Assembly (NCBI GenBank): GCA_963848295.1
Contig: CAWKDB010000010.1
Location: forward strand, 3,744,001-3,808,000
DNA length: 64,000 nt
Reading direction: 5' to 3'
DNA from: an uncultured delta proteobacterium
GTDB taxonomy: Bacteria; Myxococcota_A; Polyangia; Haliangiales; Haliangiaceae
Shown: piece by piece, positions 60,801 to 64,000 of the stretch
Numbering within the stretch: the stretch's first letter is position 1
How the letters are laid out: every line of letters begins with the position of its first letter
Translations under genes and position numbers: made by a program
The notes under the pieces: model-generated
The model's database searches: none
Told to the model about the DNA's origin: nothing
The model's input: only the letters and a program-made list of their open reading frames with translations

Positions 60801-61725
60801 CGCCGGCATCATCGACGCGCTCGTCGCGCTGCTCGACGATAACGACCGCGACGTGCGGATGATCGCGATTCGCGCGATGGGCGGGCTCGGCAACGATGCG
60901 CCGAAAGCCGCATCGATCGCGATGGCGAAGCTGTTCGAGCACGGCGATGAAGCCGAAAAGCTCGCGCTGTTGCGCACCGCGAAGCAGACCGGCGCCGGCG
61001 AGCTCGTCGCGCTCGCGATCGCGGATGGCTCGCCGCTCGTGCGCGTCGCCGCGGTCGACGCCGCGCTCGGCGGCAACATCCGCGCGGCGGCTACGTTATC
61101 CGCCGCGCTCGCCGACTCCGATCCGCAAGTGCGCAAGGCCGCGCTCGAGCGGCTCGCCTCGCAGAAGGACAAGATCGAGGCGGCGGTGCTCGAGCGCGCG
61201 CTGTCGCTCGCGGTCCGCGATCCGGACCCCGAGCTCGGCCAGCTCGCGCTGACGACGATCGCACGCGTATCGCAAAAGGAAGCGGTCGTCGCGCGGCTGC
61301 ATCGGTCGTTGGCGTCGCGCGCCGAGCGGACTCGCGCGCAAGCGGCGGCCGCGGCGATCGGGCTCGTCGATCGCGATGCCGCTGCAGCGTTGCAGCTGCT
61401 CGAGCCGCTGCTCGACGATCCATCGCACGACGTGCGGGCCGCGATGCTGCCCGCGCTCGGAGCGGCCTACGCGAAGAAGAACACGCCGGAGAAGCTCGCC
61501 GACATGCTCGAAGGCTCGGAAGACTCGGCGATGCGCCGGCTCGCGACCGCCGCCGCGTTCGTCACGCTCGCGCGCACCGACACCGGCTCGACCGCCTCGC
61601 TCGCCGTGCTCAAGAAGGTCGCCGCGTCCGGTCCGCCGATGGCGCGTGCGAACGCGAAGCTCGTCATCGGGCTGATCAAAGGCAAGGCCGACGGCATCGC
61701 GTTCTTGCAAGAGCTCGTGCCCTAA
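57820..61725 (+). CDS. STAND (nSTAND1-like) P-loop NTPase + TM + HEAT-repeat protein
   Basis: SPLRGLDPF..QGRETE, YGEPGVGKTSLVRAGLIPHL, FIVDD; TM IAAGIAAVPIALIIMIYVS; many HEAT units (DEDGDVRAAAATAAG). Confidence 0.85.
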   Translation: MAVATYPGTVSPLRGLDPFGEAERDVWQGRETERDEIAKLVSGDGFRAGLVYGEPGVGKTSLVRAGLIPHLRDHGIVALACEDVTAPAQSFATGLSAFGIEQHPGEAPVAFITRAVSAAVAGQQFVFIVDDVDLACAHEQSISELAELFAKVVSRSGGRARFLFVCASDRMNALGALERRTGSLFPPSNRYELARLSVADASRLFDKVLTLAGVAADPELAHSVMQDMDRGQPLLAADLQVAAMAMRDLKLTTPAALHAAGGAAELESLWLHDACAATGDERAALRLCAELASGGATPQGSDLVIRRVSLAASWANQAFAVLEQRGVIARGDPGGATWLLRHEVLIARVRELTAPARAAARRAFDLLGSKTQSHGRLNFAELRALKAEGIAPVTPAEQDVVNRSKRHYQLIAAGIAAVPIALIIMIYVSMHGRVFFDLQPRAGGDRIVVRSGRAGLRGFSWLPASGYGAVVADTGLSRAMVAPEMWKKVDDRDLGADRGSWDDMVAQLMAPQLAGLVEYAGGNDQPLAALQKAAKDPEDLAELLTALRPIARGTPEEVKFVEAALAMPTPVVQHAAIALAGAAAQRRDVYQDTLTQALLSTDPELRRIAFAAVRSLGDRGRALFQAALAKDPEASARHELLTELSVASTEDVPSAQSAASMLADPDASPALRDRAKTQLKAALAQDPAAGAEALTQLVAAERARPEERAYAIEQLRDLEPLPKVEHLVDAAHAAFESKSELLRASALPLYAEVDPVRAGGELANMLEDPKLDKTIKVAAALAWGEVGAANRDAASNALDRMLKDEDGDVRAAAATAAGKLGRAYQDKLIKMAKAENYNVRIGAAEGLAASAVSGGNIGYAVDGIAQLWREKGRPRRDAAKIYAHLARKKPQAVVEYLSTAARTPEDPLLHPIGVEGLCNASIAGNPDARRALARSTDDTSVEVRRLVMSCVADGPDPAKNGAAVAARLVRDPDGEIRADAARVLAAAASKGKVAAGIIDALVALLDDNDRDVRMIAIRAMGGLGNDAPKAASIAMAKLFEHGDEAEKLALLRTAKQTGAGELVALAIADGSPLVRVAAVDAALGGNIRAAATLSAALADSDPQVRKAALERLASQKDKIEAAVLERALSLAVRDPDPELGQLALTTIARVSQKEAVVARLHRSLASRAERTRAQAAAAAIGLVDRDAAAALQLLEPLLDDPSHDVRAAMLPALGAAYAKKNTPEKLADMLEGSEDSAMRRLATAAAFVTLARTDTGSTASLAVLKKVAASGPPMARANAKLVIGLIKGKADGIAFLQELVP

Positions 61726-61779
61726 TTACGGGAACAGGATCATCGGCGGCTGGGTCAGGGGGCGAGCGTCGATCCACGA

Positions 61780-62381
61780 CGCGTGATCCGGCCAAGAACC
61801 AGGCCCCGGTGTTCGTGCTCATCCGAAGCATGACGGCCTCCGCGTGGGGCATCCGCGCCGGTGTTCCCGACGCGCTTGCCGAGGAGCTTGCGGCGCTCGC
61901 ACGCGACGAACCGCCAGTTCGCGATCTCCACGATCTGCCGAAGCACGTCGATCGCTATCGCGCGCTCGGTCCCGCAGAATGGTTCGGCCCCGCGTTCGAA
62001 TTCTCCGACGCCGTCGCAACGCCGAGCGACGTTTCCATCGTCGACGAGGAGCGCGCATTGAACGTGAATTTTCGCGGATGGCTTCCGGCGAAATCGCGGC
62101 GGGCTGTGCACCCGTGATGGGCATCATCGTCGACGGACATCCAGTGAGCATCTGCTTTTGCGCGCGGCGCTCGGACGTTGCTGCTGAAGCTGGTCTCGAC
62201 ACCGCGTCGGCCTATCGCGGCCGCGGGTACGCCGTCCGCGTCACCGCGGCCCGGGGCACTCGCGATGCGCGCGTCGGGCCGTATCCCACTCTGCAGCACG
62301 AGCTGGGCGAACACCGCGTCGCTCGCAGTGGCACGCAAGCTCGCGCTCGTCGCGTACGCCAGCGACTGGAGCATTGCTTAG
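61780..62381 (+). pseudogene. frameshifted GNAT-family N-acetyltransferase
   Basis: Three consecutive frames join into one protein: ..FVLIRS..NFRGW | EIAAGCAP..EAGLDTASAYRGRGYAVRVTAA | ALAMRASGRIPLCSTSWANTASLAVARKL; shifts near 62085 and 62252; 5' end unclear. Confidence 0.8.
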
Positions 62382-62444
62382 TTCAGTGACCCCTCGCCCT
62401 CCTGTTCCTCGATCCAAGAAAATCCGGGATCAGTAATAGTCAGT

Positions 62445-62586
62445 GCTGTGGTTGCTGTGGGCAACGCGCAGCGTTGTCCAAGCGGTGTGGGCGGGTCGGT
62501 CAACCGCACCTCATCGCCGCTCGAGCGCCGCAGTCGTCTCCAACCGCGGTTGTCCGAGCCGTCCTCACCGCGTCAGCATCCACAGC
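62445..62586 (+). repeat. nested inverted-repeat (three-way junction) element, REP-like or ncRNA
   Basis: Outer stem 62445-57/62574-86, hairpin 62458-67/62471-80, long stem 62482-507/62546-571. Confidence 0.8.
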
Positions 62587-62645
62587 TCTCCGCAGGTCCG
62601 CGGTCTCCAATAGACCTAGAACGAGAAATATCGGCGATAATAGTG

Positions 62646-62673
62646 TTGACGAGCTTATGACGGCGAGTAGACT
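62646..62673 (+). promoter_or_regulatory. putative sigma70-type promoter of the transposase
   Basis: TTGACG-N16-TAGACT in an AT-richer spacer. Confidence 0.5.
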
Positions 62674-62685
62674 GTGCATGTCGTC

Positions 62686-63414
62686 ATGGGGGCACAAAGA
62701 AAGACGCACGATCAACTCGGACTCCGGGGGATCGCGAAGCGCAAGGCGTCGCGCGGCAAGCGACTCGGTCGTCCGCCGGGGGCACGTCGAGCGCCGGCGC
62801 ACAAGAAGCGTCCCGAGATCGAGGGTCGGTATCCGGTGCACATCACGATGCGCGTCGTCGGTGCGGTCGCGCGCCTTCGAACGCCGAAGGCTTATCGCGC
62901 AGTTCGGCGGGCGCTGATGATGCTGATGAATCGGCGCGATGACTTTCGCGTTGTCCATGTCAGCCTGCAGACCAACCACATTCACCTCCTCGGCGAAGCC
63001 GACGGCAAGCTCGCGCTCTCGCGTGGAATGCAGGGCTTTCAGATCTCTGCGGCGAAGTACCTGAACCGCGAGCTGTCGCGCGAGCACGGCGAGCGGCGGC
63101 GCGGCCAGGTGTTCTCGGACCGCTACTTCGCGGTGCAGGTCAAGACGGTGACTGGCGTGCGCAACGCGCTGAACTACGTGCTCAACAACTGGCGCAAGCA
63201 CGAGCGCGATCAGGTCGAGACTGGCTTGTACGAGGGTCGGATCGATCGGTACTCGACCGGCGCGCTATTTATCGGGTGGAAGGAACGCAGTCACGCGGTG
63301 GTGTTACCCGACAACTACGAGCCGCTCATAGTCAGTGCGGCTCGGTCGTGGCTGATCAACGAAGGCTACAAGCGGGCGAAGCAGCCGATCAGCGTATACG
63401 GCGTGCCGAGTTGA
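62686..63414 (+). CDS. HUH/Y1 transposase, REP-associated tyrosine transposase (RAYT)-like
   Basis: PVHITMR, NHIHLL (HUH), VFSDRY, LNYVLNNWRKH (catalytic Tyr), YST; basic N-terminus; alternative GTG start at 62674. Confidence 0.88.
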   Translation: MGAQRKTHDQLGLRGIAKRKASRGKRLGRPPGARRAPAHKKRPEIEGRYPVHITMRVVGAVARLRTPKAYRAVRRALMMLMNRRDDFRVVHVSLQTNHIHLLGEADGKLALSRGMQGFQISAAKYLNRELSREHGERRRGQVFSDRYFAVQVKTVTGVRNALNYVLNNWRKHERDQVETGLYEGRIDRYSTGALFIGWKERSHAVVLPDNYEPLIVSAARSWLINEGYKRAKQPISVYGVPS

Positions 63415-63415
63415 G

Positions 63416-64000
63416 CTACGGCTCTTTGTGGACGGTCCACTGCCGCGCCGGGATCGGCTGATTGAACGCCTTCGACTTGTACTCGAGCTCGACGAGCTGG
63501 GCGTTGTGCTCTGCGAGGTAGGCGGCGACGCCGGGCGAGCTATACGTCGCGTCGCTCATCGCGACTTGATAGCCCTCGGCGAGCGCCTGCAACTTCGCGG
63601 CGACGTTGACGGTGCCCCCGAAGAAGTCGGCGTTCGAGTTGAGCTTGACCGCGATGCACGGCCCGGTGTTGAGCGAGATCCGCAAGCGGATCGGCGTGTC
63701 GGCACGCGCGGGATGAAACGCGTCATGGATCGCGTGCGAGGCCCGGACCGCGTCGAGCGGGCTGACGAACGTAGCCATCACGGCATCGCCGATCGTCTTG
63801 ACGACCGCGCCGCGATGCTGCGCGACGATCGCGAACACCTCGTCGAAGTGCTTCTTGATCTCGACGAACGCCGCGGGGTCGCCCTTCGCGGCGTAGAACG
63901 CGGTCGAGCCGACGACGTCGGTGAACAGCAACGTTTGCTCGCCGACCGCGAGCTTGACGTCGGCGCCGATGTAATCCTCGGAGAACAGATCGCGGAAGTC
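63416..64000 (-). CDS. class III adenylate/guanylate cyclase domain protein, C-terminal part (truncated by window edge)
   Basis: LFTDVVGST, VVKTIGDAVMA, DFFGGTVNVAAKLQ; frame stays open to the window end. Confidence 0.92.
   Translation of the reverse strand, partial: DFRDLFSEDYIGADVKLAVGEQTLLFTDVVGSTAFYAAKGDPAAFVEIKKHFDEVFAIVAQHRGAVVKTIGDAVMATFVSPLDAVRASHAIHDAFHPARADTPIRLRISLNTGPCIAVKLNSNADFFGGTVNVAAKLQALAEGYQVAMSDATYSSPGVAAYLAEHNAQLVELEYKSKAFNQPIPARQWTVHKEP

Noticed and set aside
61731..62408. 9-bp inverted repeat GGAACAGGA / TCCTGTTCC flanking the GNAT pseudogene
   Set aside because: Too short to distinguish from chance; no target-site duplication seen
62686..63414. Complete IS200/IS605 element with TnpB and omegaRNA
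   Set aside because: No tnpB/iscB ORF and no right-end hairpin; a convergent cyclase gene ends 1 nt after the stop

Overview
High-GC (roughly 70% by eye), gene-dense bacterial chromosomal window. Gene content (giant TPR/HEAT proteins, Hanks kinase, carboxypeptidase-regulatory-like repeat proteins, STAS/Zn-ribbon protein, sigma54 promoters) suggests a myxobacterium (Myxococcota); this is inference only. In order: end of the F1Fo ATP synthase operon (atpG-atpD-atpC); secreted/lipoproteins; a BRCT-like + giant TPR gene pair; an SDR / phospholipase D / acyl-CoA dehydrogenase region with visible regulatory sites; a partial Wzy-type polysaccharide locus (two GT4s, two co-polymerases, a BY pseudokinase-like protein, a priming sugar transferase) interleaved with a STAS/RsbW-like pair; a Ser/Thr kinase; a HAMP-PP2C + TPR + substrate-binding operon with a divergent PAS protein; glgP; a SEC-C/RelE-like protein; a second STAS + HATPase pair around a 2082-aa TPR gene; an ABC + two DUF4139 operon divergent from a membrane-anchored STAND ATPase/HEAT gene; a frameshifted GNAT; an HUH/Y1 (RAYT-like) transposase preceded by a 142-nt three-way-junction element; and the 3' end of a class III cyclase. 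No rRNA, tRNA or CRISPR array was seen. Most notable: the structured element beside the RAYT gene, a TANNNT box 6-10 nt upstream of at least 15 start codons (probable leaderless transcription), a perfect 15-bp inverted repeat flanking the PLD gene, an in-frame TGA separating a lipoprotein signal from a beta-propeller, and a dispersed multi-component partner-switching network. All protein calls come from motif recognition by eye, with no database searches.
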